The translations under genes were made by a program, and so were the position numbers. The notes under the pieces were generated by a model. The model had not been told where the DNA came from and did no database searches. It saw only the letters and a list, made by a program, of their open reading frames with translations. This document shows positions 10,802 through 20,000 of a stretch of 20,000 bases of DNA, in pieces (within the stretch, counting starts at the first letter, position 1; each line of letters opens with the position of its first letter). The DNA comes from Trypethelium eluteriae (Eukaryota), in NCBI GenBank assembly GCA_051942245.1, contig JAVECL010000008.1, positions 111,573 through 131,572 of the forward strand, in the 5' to 3' direction.

Positions 10802-11623
10802 ATGGTCCTTGGCTGGCTAGCATGTTTTGGAGGCGAGTAATCAAAGAAGGTTCCTGAGAAGTGAGAGGCCAAAACCGAGAAGGCAAGCGCTCAGCACCAT
10901 CAACGCTACGTCCCTCAGCCGACAGACCTCTCGTTTCCTATATGCCCCTTAACTTTGTTCTGCGGTGCTGGCCGTGTTTTGTAATCTCCATTGTTCGATG
11001 GCCCAGTCCCTGGGAGTAGTAGACTGGGTAATTCTGTGGGTTTTGAGGGCCTGCTTGAGCGCTTGCAAGATAGTGGTTGCGAGTATCATTCCTCAGGATA
11101 AACTCCGCGGACTAACAACAGTCCGGCGGCATCTCCTCGACAATCGCATCCCGCTCGTGAGGATGCAGCAGATACATCAAGTGAGGAGCGAGCCAAAGAT
11201 CGACTTGACCGATACAACTCGAGATGGGAACGGCTCTCATCAACAACGCAGTTGCCAGTGTCCTTCCCTATTCCAAACCTCTATGATCGCACTAAATTGC
11301 CCACGCTACGAGGCACTGACTGGACCGATGATGCCGCGGCCGGCGCGAATATCAAGCCCCTTTTCTTGCAGGGTTTCGGGATGTCTCTAAATGTTGGGAG
11401 CTCAAACGCAGTCAATGAAATGTACATTACTGGGCTGGATGAACGTAGGTTGACGAAATTGATAGAGCAGCTAAAGGAGCGTCTAAGATGGCATCCAGAC
11501 AGGCTAGAGCTGAGGCACAACGGTCATGAGAGCACCAATCAGGCTTTAGTTGATGACCGCTGAGCAAAGTCTATGTTGATCTCAGCGAATGAGCTGTCTG
11601 CGGGTTGCAAAAAGGAGGTTTGA
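10802..11623 (+). pseudogene. Pseudogene of an HPD-motif protein (NFKBIL1 C-terminal / J-domain-like RWHPD family)
   Basis: One frame runs from ATG 10802 to TGA 11621 with in-frame stops at 10838, 10862, 10982, 11099 and 11561. The C-terminal part reads RLDRYNSRWERL...VSFPIP...NIKPLFL...LKERLRWHPDRL...DDR*AKSMLISANEL, the typical layout of this family. The 5' boundary is uncertain. Confidence 0.6.
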
Positions 11624-12520
11624 TGTCATAAGGGCTGGTATGATCATGGAAATTGACTGTTAAGCGTGGCAAATGGGATGGATTTGTGTGGAAGAGATGC
11701 AAATAAGCAAGCTACGAAGTAGAGAAGTCTACAGACCCTAACCCGCCTATATTCTCTGGGATCAAATTCATCGAATGTAGATGTCTCGATTCCATGCAGT
11801 GACAAACTTTATGCACTTTCGTGGCATCACATACTCCTTGTGAAATTGAATGGCATCAGACTAGTACACAATCTTGGCGTGGAACTCGAATACTCAGTCT
11901 CTGAGATTTAAGTTGAGTGCTAGCCGATAGTTACCCTGATAGCTTGTCAAGCCTCCTCGATCTCACATGGAGATTTGAGAATCGAATGCAGAGGATCTAG
12001 ACGACTATGCGCGGCGCTTGACTCGATAAGGCTCGCTCCGTCGAGATTGGGACACGTCGAATACTATTTTCGGCGGACTAGACCACTCTTTACCAGGATC
12101 TTGCCCACATGGCGTCACTAGAGTCTAACGAAATCCAAGCCCGATCTCCTGTTCCTGTCAAACGCTGTCATATTTGACGTGGGTTTCCGGACTTATTCTG
12201 CGTCCTGCGCGTCTTGGATTTTTTCGAATCTTCTGCGAAAAAGTTTCTGGTGCTCCTATCGCAGCTACATGCATACGTTCCTTTCTTGATCTCGTTCTTG
12301 TTTCCCCGCAGATATCGTTATCAAAACAAGATTTGCCTGGAAGCATCCCTGTTGATTTAAATTGACATGACGACTTAATCTGTCCGCACATATCCTCAGG
12401 CCATTTATTTTCAACTTTCGTTTTAAACAGTTCTCATCCGAATTCACCCCTCTCTATCCACATTTAGGAACCGGTTCTGTTTTCGTCCGATATCCAATCC
12501 TACCACGAAGATATATTGTA

Positions 12521-13500
12521 ATGACTCCCTTTTTGGTTTTGACCCTATTGGGTGCTGTGCCACTCGCACTCGGCGACGCATCTTCAAAACGAGGACTTAT
12601 CTTCATACCCGATAATGACCATCCGAACGACGATAATGTCTGGGATTCATCAAGCTCAGATTTAACGTGGTACTATAACTATGGGCCGTCTCCGTCCCCC
12701 AATTATGCCAACACCAAGCTCGAGTTCGTACCAATGCTGTGGGGGAATGAGAGCGACAACTCCTTCCTGGATACGGTCTCGGGTCTGATAGACAGTGGTA
12801 CCAATGTTACGTACGCTCTTGGATTCAACGAACCGGACGGAGTGAGCAACGGTGGCTCCGGCATTGCTGCCGAGGATGCTGCCGCAACCTGGATTCGTCT
12901 TCTCGAGCCTCTTCGCGAGAAATACCATGTCAAGCTAGGCGCTCCTGCAGTAACAGGGTCTCCGTCCGGCTTCACCTGGCTTCAGAACTTCTTCACAGCA
13001 TGCAACGGTGGTTGTCACCCTGAATTCATCCCGGTGCACTGGTATGGAAATTTTGATGGGTTCGCTAGTCACATTGGTCAAGTCAATGCGACCTACATGA
13101 ACATGTCGATGTGGGTGACTGAGTTTGCAATTGCAGACGCCAATCTGAGCGATTCTCAGAGTTTCTTCAACATGAGCACACAGTTTTTGGATAGGCTCGC
13201 GTAAGTCCATCTCTACCGGTCTTGGAAATCAAGACATGCTTCATGATATCAGACTAACAGCCTTCCAGATATGTCGATCGCTACTCTTATTTCGGAGGCT
13301 TCCGCAGCTCAGCATCCAACGTCGGTCCGGATGCCTCAATGCTTGACCAGAACGGTCAGCTCACGGATATCGGAAGTTGGTATTTGGGTGGAAGCGCTAC
13401 CGGAAATGTTCCGAAGGGCATGGGCAGTAATGTCCAAGCCAACCTCTCGTTCGTTTGGACATTGTTTGCTATTCTGGTCCTCTTTTGGAGCGCCTCATGA
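12521..13500 (+). CDS. Glycoside hydrolase family 128 beta-1,3-glucanase (Asl1-like), secreted, probable GPI anchor; 2 exons, 303 aa
   Basis: Exons 12521-13200 and 13269-13500 (intron GTAAGT..CTAAC..CCAG). Signal peptide, then SSKRGL, WYYNY, EFVPMLWG, LGFNEPD (catalytic Glu), PVHWYG, WVTEFA (catalytic Glu) and YVDRYSYFG. Hydrophobic C-terminal tail LSFVWTLFAILVLFWSAS. Confidence 0.93.
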
Positions 13501-14463
13501 CCCAAACTTTAGCGGGCTCTGCCAACTGCTTTCGTAATGTATAGATCACAAGATAGACACAGCATCTTCAGATGTGGCATAGCAAGGTGTTCCAGGTTCA
13601 GCAGATTTTCAAGACTCTGACATTTTGGTACCTTTTCACCATCGTTTCGCGTTAAGCTCGTGTCAATTTCCAAATTTGCCCTCACTCCGGTATGTTCTCT
13701 ATGGATGTATATTTTTTATGCCTTCCGAAGCCTTTACAAAGAGTGCGCGTTACGCGTTTACACAAATATGCATCAGGTAGCTAAGGGTTTTAAGACAGTA
13801 CATAGCGGGTAGATAAACCGGGCTGTTCCAGCCGGGTTATATCACGCTTTGTTGAATGGAGCGTAGCTCATTCGAGAGTATCTCGATGCAAAAGGCGTAT
13901 CATTTTATTTGATGGCATTGTGAATGCTATGAAGGTGTCCATGCCTCTATCCTCGAGATCTTTCGAGTGCGGAGGTACTCCTTACTCGAGCTAGTACAGT
14001 GGTCATTTTTGAAGTGGGAGAGCACTAGACTGGGGGGCCTGGATACTACCAATCAGTATCCGTACTAGCCTTGTCTAGCCTCTGCCATCAACCCATGTAA
14101 AGACTTAGTAGAATAAATTTTGACCTATGAAAAGAATTAATACCTGTAGCAGCTATCCAGTAAAGGACTAAAGCTGTTTTTGAGAACCAATCGGATCACA
14201 CACTATAGTCTCCTGTCTAGCGCTGTCCCACTTCAAAAATGACCACTGTACCCAGCATGATCAAATCCGATAGAAGCGCCCGGCTCGGATACAACTTGAC
14301 GCACCCACCTGAAGCAGAGAGCTCAGCAGCGCTCAGTGGGCGGCTCAAGGCTTTGTTTTTCCGCAGCCTAATCTCACTCCTCGAGACATCTGCACCCGCA
14401 AAAACTGGTACAAATCTTCCTCCGGCCGAGGCGGAGGTTTCATCGGAGTTTTCGGGCTCGGCG

Positions 14464-14472
14464 TTATCAGAT
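14464..14472 (-). promoter_or_regulatory. Extended GATA element ATCTGATAA (SreA/SRE-type ATCWGATAA consensus) upstream of ISU1
   Basis: TTATCAGAT at 14464-14472 is a perfect reverse-complement match, about 210 bp upstream of the ISU1 ATG. A second TGATAA core (ttatca) lies at 14540-14545. Function is inferred. Confidence 0.5.
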
Positions 14473-14682
14473 CAGATGCGAAGTGTAGCACGTGATTTCG
14501 CCACCATGCCCAATTGAGGTCGCGCTTGCCGTCATCGGGTTATCAGGAAGAGCTTCCAGATTCCTCTTGTCATCACAGTACTCTCAATTTCCCTACGACA
14601 TCCACAAGCTTGCCATTCTAGAGACAATCGGTACTTCTGAAAGCCTTTGAGATCATCATTGTTGGATTCCAATTCTTTCGCG

Positions 14683-15468
14683 ATGATGCGGAGAGTGCTT
14701 GCGACAGCGCCACTCCGAGCCAGCCGGCACCTTTCATCCGCCACTCGACCTACGGTCCTTTCAGCACCAAGGGCAGTAGCACCATCTGCTGTGGGACTTA
14801 GCCGGAGGGGTTACCATGAAAAAGATAAGTGTCCATCTCAAGATACGCGCTACTGCCTTCGAGTCGCCAATTCGATGGAAGGGAAGGCTTCCTTAGATGT
14901 AGAGGTCGAATTGAACGCTACCTTTGGACATTAGGCTAACAGACCCAGCACTGCTAGATCATTACAATAATCCCCGAAATGTCGGAAGCATGGGCAAGAA
15001 CGAGGAAGACGTTGGCACGGGACTTGTCGGTGCACCAGCATGCGGCGATGTCATGAAGCTTCAAATCCGAGTGAATCCTGATGACAACACTATCAGTGAC
15101 GTCAAATTCAAGACTTTTGGCTGCGGTTCTGCAATCGCAAGCTCGAGTTACTTGACTGAACTCGTGAGGGGCATGACGTTGGAGCAGGCAGGCAAGATTC
15201 GCAACACCGAGATTGCGAAGGAACTCTGCTTGCCACCAGTTAAGCGTAAGTCTTGAAACGTAGACTTTTGGCGTGAGGCAATGCTAACACCATTGCGTTA
15301 GTTCACTGCTCTATGCTCGCCGAAGATGCCATCAAGTCCGCCATATCAAATTACTATACCAAGAATCCCAAGGCTAGAGCAACCGATCTTGGAGGCACTG
15401 GTGCGGCTATGCCCAAGGTTGAGATTGAGACAGTGACTACAAGCAACCCAAGTGCAGCTCCAGCCTGA
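14683..15468 (+). CDS. ISU1: Mitochondrial iron-sulfur cluster scaffold protein (IscU/NifU-N family); 3 exons, 200 aa
   Basis: Arg/Ser/Ala-rich mitochondrial presequence, then YHEK-V-LDHYNNPRNVG, GLVGAPACGDVMKLQI, FKTFGCGSAIASSS and LCLPPVKLHCSMLAEDAI. Exons 14683-14824, 14952-15245 and 15302-15468 (603 nt). Intron 2 is canonical GT-AG; intron 1 fits best as AT-AC. Confidence 0.97.
14825..14951 (+). other. Predicted non-canonical AT-AC spliceosomal intron (U2-type signals) in ISU1
   Basis: 5' end AAAG/ATAAGT, branch point GCTAAC at 14935-14940, 3' end CAGCAC/TGCTAGAT. Removing it gives AAA GTG CTA GAT CAT TAC = K-V-L-D-H-Y, matching the conserved IscU N-terminus. Confidence 0.75.
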
Positions 15469-16660
15469 GTTTTCTCATTTCATTTGGGAGGTAGAGCGTT
15501 CAAAACACCTAGGTCCTTCTTTCAGAAATTCCCTCGTTACGGCGTTGGGACTTCTGCGTACCATCTTTGACAGAGCGCGGATCTGAACAGCTTGAAGGAG
15601 AGATCGAAATGGTCCAGCATCGAGAATGATACCAGTTGGCTCGCTATTCCATATACAATGTTGTAGCAGTACAATAAAATTATGGGAGACATCAGGACAT
15701 CCCTACCTGGAAAGATAAAAATTAGGGGAAAGTACTCCGTAGAAACGGAAACGTTGACGCCTTTGAAGCTGTTTCCAGCTGGTGAAGCTTATTTCCAATC
15801 TTCGTAGGTGACGTTCTGTCAAGGTCGTAAGCAAGATTTCTATCCTCTGCCTTCGGGGGGCGTTGCTTTCCACGACTACGGTAGTTCTTGGGAATGTAGT
15901 CGCGAGCTCTCAGTCTAAATCATTCGGAGCATAAAGCTTCTTCACTAAACTTCAAGAATGACGACTACACACGCGTAAGGTGTTGTGCATGATTAATTCA
16001 GCAGTGTGGGCAAGTGCAAGCTGGGATAATCGCGGCTCTTGGGTCCCTACGACATGATCTAGCTGCGAAGTCGGGAATAGAGCCTGTGCTAAGAGACCAT
16101 AACATGGAGCACTATTGGAAAGTTGCATTCAGGGTTTCTTGCAAGATTTCAGCGAGCCACAGGGTCTTCCATTACTAAAAATACCCGTCCAAAGTGTTGC
16201 GAGCCAAACAACACGATGCTAACGTCATGGGATGTGTAAGGTGCGTGCCGAGCTTTGCGAGAAGCATGCAGACGAATCAACGCGAATGACACGAGCAAAG
16301 TGTGGACGTAACAGTCTGGATTGGGTACCGTGATACGACGTCTCACGGTCGCAATGTGGCTGAGCGGCAAAGATGGCGATGGCGCACTTCTTCCCCTGAC
16401 TCGGGCACTTCTGGAAGGGAACGTTGAGTGCGCCACGAGAACTGTCACCCGCCCAAAATATCACATACGGTAGCTAGCATGCGTGCTGTGGTCAAGCCCA
16501 AAATCTCGTAGATATTACCAGCGCGAGCCCGTCTGTGACTCTTGAGAGCATTATTTTCCCGAGCAATCATCGAAAGCTTCTCGAACCAGCCAGGCTTGGG
16601 TGCTTGGTTGCAATCTTAATCGCGGATCAACGGTGTCTGGACCTCGCGTGCCGCCAGACT

Positions 16661-16685
16661 GCACTTGACCGCACTTGACCGCACT
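16661..16685. repeat. Short tandem repeat (GCACTTGACC)x2.5
   Basis: gcacttgacc gcacttgacc gcact is read directly from the sequence, in the upstream region of the FLC-like gene. Confidence 0.8.
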
Positions 16686-17225
16686 CTACCCCGGACCTCC
16701 TGTCATTGGTCGGGACCCTGCAACTCCTACGATTCTCCGTGAAACCCAGGGTGCCAAGCCAGGGTTAGCCTGCTTCGTCTCCATCCCCCAGTCTCCAGAG
16801 TCTCCCTTCACAATCTTCCTCTCGCGCCCGGCCTCTCTTTTCTTTGTACGACAGGACTCTTCATCCTTGACCCTCTTTTCATCTTGATCGCTCGTTGTAT
16901 AGTGCCACTCATTATCGGAAAACCACACAGTCTCCTCTTGTTGTCCGTTACGACATTCACACGACCATCGCTTTTGGCACCTCCTTACTTTTCTCGGCAC
17001 GAAACACCGAGCCCATCTTCAAACCGTCTACACACTTCTGAAGCACTAATACGCAATCCGACTTCACGATCTCTAACACTTGGACTTTCATCACACGACT
17101 CACGATACCCATTTTAACACAGGCTCCATAACGTCACGAGAGCCCTCCATCGCATCGAGAAGACAAAACACCTCATCTTGCCCACTGGGCCGCCACCTAG
17201 GGCCGGGTCCAAGGCCACCTGCACC

Positions 17226-19566
17226 ATGAGAACCGCATCGCGTAGTTCAAATATTCTTTCTTCTCTATTTTTCCTTAGTGCTCTTCCTTCTGTTGTCCTC
17301 GGTGACAGCCAAATCCTCTCCACAGCCGGCTTCACGAACTGTTTGAACAATGGCTCGATCAATGTCACGCAAATGAATGTGGTCTACAACCATGCAACGA
17401 ACGCAATCGATTTCGATGTCGCTGGTACGAGCGCGTCGGAGCAAAAGGTCAATGCGACATTAACCTTCACTGCGTATGGCAAACAGGTGTATTCGAAAGA
17501 CTTTGATCCCTGTGACCCGTCAACGCTCGTTCAGCAGTTATGTCCAAGTATGAAAGCAGTCCCATTTTCAAGGAGAATCTCGAGCTGATTGCATACTATA
17601 GTACCCGCCGGACAATTTGCCGCGTCTGGCCAGCAAACCATCCCCGGTGAATTCGCAAAGCAAATACCTGCGATTGCTTTCAACGTTCCAGACCTTGACG
17701 GAGTCGGCAAGGTCGAACTGAAGTCACAAGATGGGCAGGATCTGGCATGTGTTCAATCGAACCTTGGAAACGGCAAGACGATGCAGAACGTTGCGGTGCC
17801 TATTGTTGCCGCTGCCATTGCAGGTGCAGCACTGCTCGTCTCTGCTCTTTCAGCATTGGCAAGTGGTGGACATCCGGGCAGCGCAAACCCAAGCCCAACC
17901 TTCACTGAGACCATGGGCTGGTTTCAATCCATGGCCCTCAACGGCATGCTGAGCGTTAATTATCCCTCGGTTTATCAAAGTTTCAGCACCAACTTTGCAT
18001 TCAGCACGGGCTTGATTCCGTGGGGACAGATGCAGACCTCCATTGACAACTTTCGAAACAAGACTGGTGGCAACTTGACCGATGACAATTACCAATTCTT
18101 GCGCAATAATGTTACCCTGGTCCAGACCGACGGGCAATCGACGAATATCACCAAGCGCGGTATCGACTTGTTCCTTGAAAAAACTGTATTATTTGTTCGG
18201 GATAGCATCAGCACAAATGTGAATGGATCCTCTGAGGGCACTGGTAATGGAACTGGCAATAACTCCACCAGCGGAAACAACAAGGAATCGCTTCTTGTCC
18301 ATGGCATCCAAGGTTATGTCGAGGAACTTACTATTCCACAAGCAAATACCTTCATGACTGTACTTTTGATCTTTGCCATCGTCATTGCTGGCATCACCGT
18401 CGGAATTCTTCTCTTCAAAGTCATCCTCGAAACTTGGGCACTCTTCGGATCTTTCCCCAAAAAGCTTCAAGGTTTCCGCAAACGATACTGGTGGCTACTT
18501 GCCAAGACCATTACCAATTTGATTCTTCTCCTTTATGGCACTTGGACCCTGTACTGTGTCTACCAATTTACTAACGGAGATTCCTGGGCCGCCAAGGTGC
18601 TTGCAGGAGTCACACTCGCGGCCTTTACTGCTATCCTCGCGTTTTTCACCTGGAGAATTTGGAGTCTCGCGCACAAGTTCAGGCGGGCAGAAGGCGACAC
18701 ATCGGCGCTTTTCGACGACAAGGAGACTTGGCGCAAGTACAGTCTCTTCTACGAGAATTACAAGCGTGGGTACTGGTGGCTATTCGTGCCTGCTATCGTC
18801 TACATGTTTGCTCGTGGTTGTGTCATCGCTGGTGGAGACGGACACGGTCTTGCACAATCGGTTGGACAGCTCGTCATCGAAAGTTTGATGCTGATCCTCC
18901 TGCTTTGGTCTCGCCCTTACTCACTGAAGAGTGGAAATTGGATCAACATCGTCATCCAGGTCGTGAGGATCTTGTCTGTTGTTTGCATCTTGGTCTTCGT
19001 CGAAGAGCTTGGAATCGCCCAAACCACAAAGGCCATCACAGGCGTGATCCTTATTGTCATGCAATCCGTCTTGACTGGACTCTTGGGAATCTTAATTGCA
19101 GTCAACGCCATTGTGACCTGCTGCAGAGAGAATCCACACCGAAGGAAGAGAAAGGAAGCCGGTAAGTTTGACTATCCCTTTGACCGCATCAGGCCCCTTC
19201 CACACGGAATGCTAATATTAGCTCTCTTCAGAAAAACTTCACCGCGACCTCGACACTCTCACTCCCCTGGACGCCCGCAACTCCCTCCTTATGGACCCCA
19301 CCGAAGCCAAGAAATTCATCCCCGCCCCCACCACTACAAAATCACCCCTCGTCTCGCCAAATCCTATGGCAGCACCTTCCAACTTCTCTCGCAAGGGTGG
19401 TTATGGCCCTGTTGCTCAAGATCAACACGGCCTCATGTCGGATGCGGCGCCCATGGGTGGGCATGACCGGAGCGTCAGTCCTGCGCCGTGGGATGAAGAG
19501 GTGGGACGGGAGCCAAAGCTACCCGACTTGGATGCTGATACGAGCTATCATCGGGGAAGATGGTAG
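17226..19566 (+). CDS. TRP-like ion channel / flavin carrier family protein (FLC/Pkd2-like; TRP_N ML-like domain plus TRP membrane domain); 3 exons, 738 aa
   Basis: Exons 17226-17547, 17602-19161 and 19232-19566 with GT-AG introns (2217 nt). Signal peptide, then GFTNC, AYGKQVYSKDFDPC, IPAIAFNVPDLDG, LACVQSNLGNGKT, WFQSMALNGMLSVNYPSVYQSFSTNFAFSTGLIPW, IPQANTFMT, GDSWAAK and multiple TM helices. Exon 3 begins EKLHRDLDTLTPLDARNSLL. Confidence 0.95.
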
Positions 19567-20000
19567 TAGGTCCCGGAGCTGGTTCTACGGGTCCAGGATT
19601 TTGATGGGAAGCAAAGGGTGAATAAGAGAGTGATGAGGCCTATGACCTGGCTTCTATCTCGTGCTTCAGTCGTCTTATTAAGCCTGGGATGGCGTCTTTC
19701 TCATACAACCATATGCGTTTTGCTGTTTACGAAGCCTCTGACGGCTGTCATTTCTTGTGTCTAACCACTATTTCCCCACCCTTTCATCACTCCTTTTCTT
19801 TCCATTTAGACTTTTTGATAGCGAAAGCGTTGCATAATCTATGGGGACGCACAGCCCTCTAAACTGGGCACGGCATTGTACTTGTGTAGTATGTAGTGAG
19901 ATATCCGAAGAAGCAAGAGAATTTTTGATACTCAATCATGCATCGTCCTATGCAGCCTGGGCCCGGTTGAAGATCGAAGCCCTCATGTTCTGTCCACTCA

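Noticed and set aside
13856..13950. tRNA-like start GGAGCGTAGCTCA
   Set aside because: No GG in the D-loop, no GTTCRA T-loop and no acceptor-stem complement downstream.
13960..14230. TpA/CTAG-rich patch suggesting a RIP-mutated repeat remnant
   Set aside because: Short, only mildly skewed, and no second copy or element structure is visible in the window.
14825..14951. TPP riboswitch or U12-type intron as the explanation for the ISU1 intron
   Set aside because: It lacks the TPP aptamer core (CTGAGA and the downstream conserved segment) and the U12 signatures (ATATCCT donor, TCCTTAAC branch site).
14924..15256. ORF-track start MDIRLTDPALLDHY as the ISU1 N-terminus
   Set aside because: It begins at a TTG inside intron 1 and would lack the mitochondrial presequence and YHEK encoded upstream.
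15900..17200. Several 70-104 aa ORFs upstream of the FLC-like gene
   Set aside because: Their composition reflects promoter and CT-rich 5' leader sequence, with no domain motifs or codon bias.
19162..19466. C-terminal tail of the 625-aa ORF (GKFDYPFDR...GAHGWA)
   Set aside because: This is read-through of intron 19162-19231. The true last exon is in another frame and ends at 19566.

Overview
Filamentous ascomycete (Pezizomycotina-type) nuclear DNA with short spliceosomal introns and CTAAC/CTGAC branch points. Five genes can be assigned to families by manual splicing: an MCT-family MFS transporter (-, 4086-5751), a 2H-phosphoesterase-fold protein (-, 6865-7944), a secreted, probably GPI-anchored GH128 glucanase (+, 12521-13500), the Fe-S scaffold ISU1 (+, 14683-15468) and a TRP-like FLC/Pkd2 membrane protein (+, 17226-19566). 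There is also an intronless 174-aa helical orphan (-, 157-681). Between them lie dead genes that the ORF track fragments: a clear GH76 pseudogene (~2648-3749), an HPD-motif (NFKBIL1/J-like) pseudogene (10802-11623) and a probable TPR-repeat relic (~8950-10580). The most striking observation is in ISU1. Its first intron reproduces the conserved YHEKVLDHY only if spliced as a non-canonical AT-AC intron (14825-14951, /ATAAGT...GCTAAC...CAC/). That intron can fold so that the competing GT donors are base-paired, and the promoter carries a perfect SreA-type ATCWGATAA element. Together these suggest a possible iron-linked splicing control point. All assignments come from reading motifs by eye; no searches were run.
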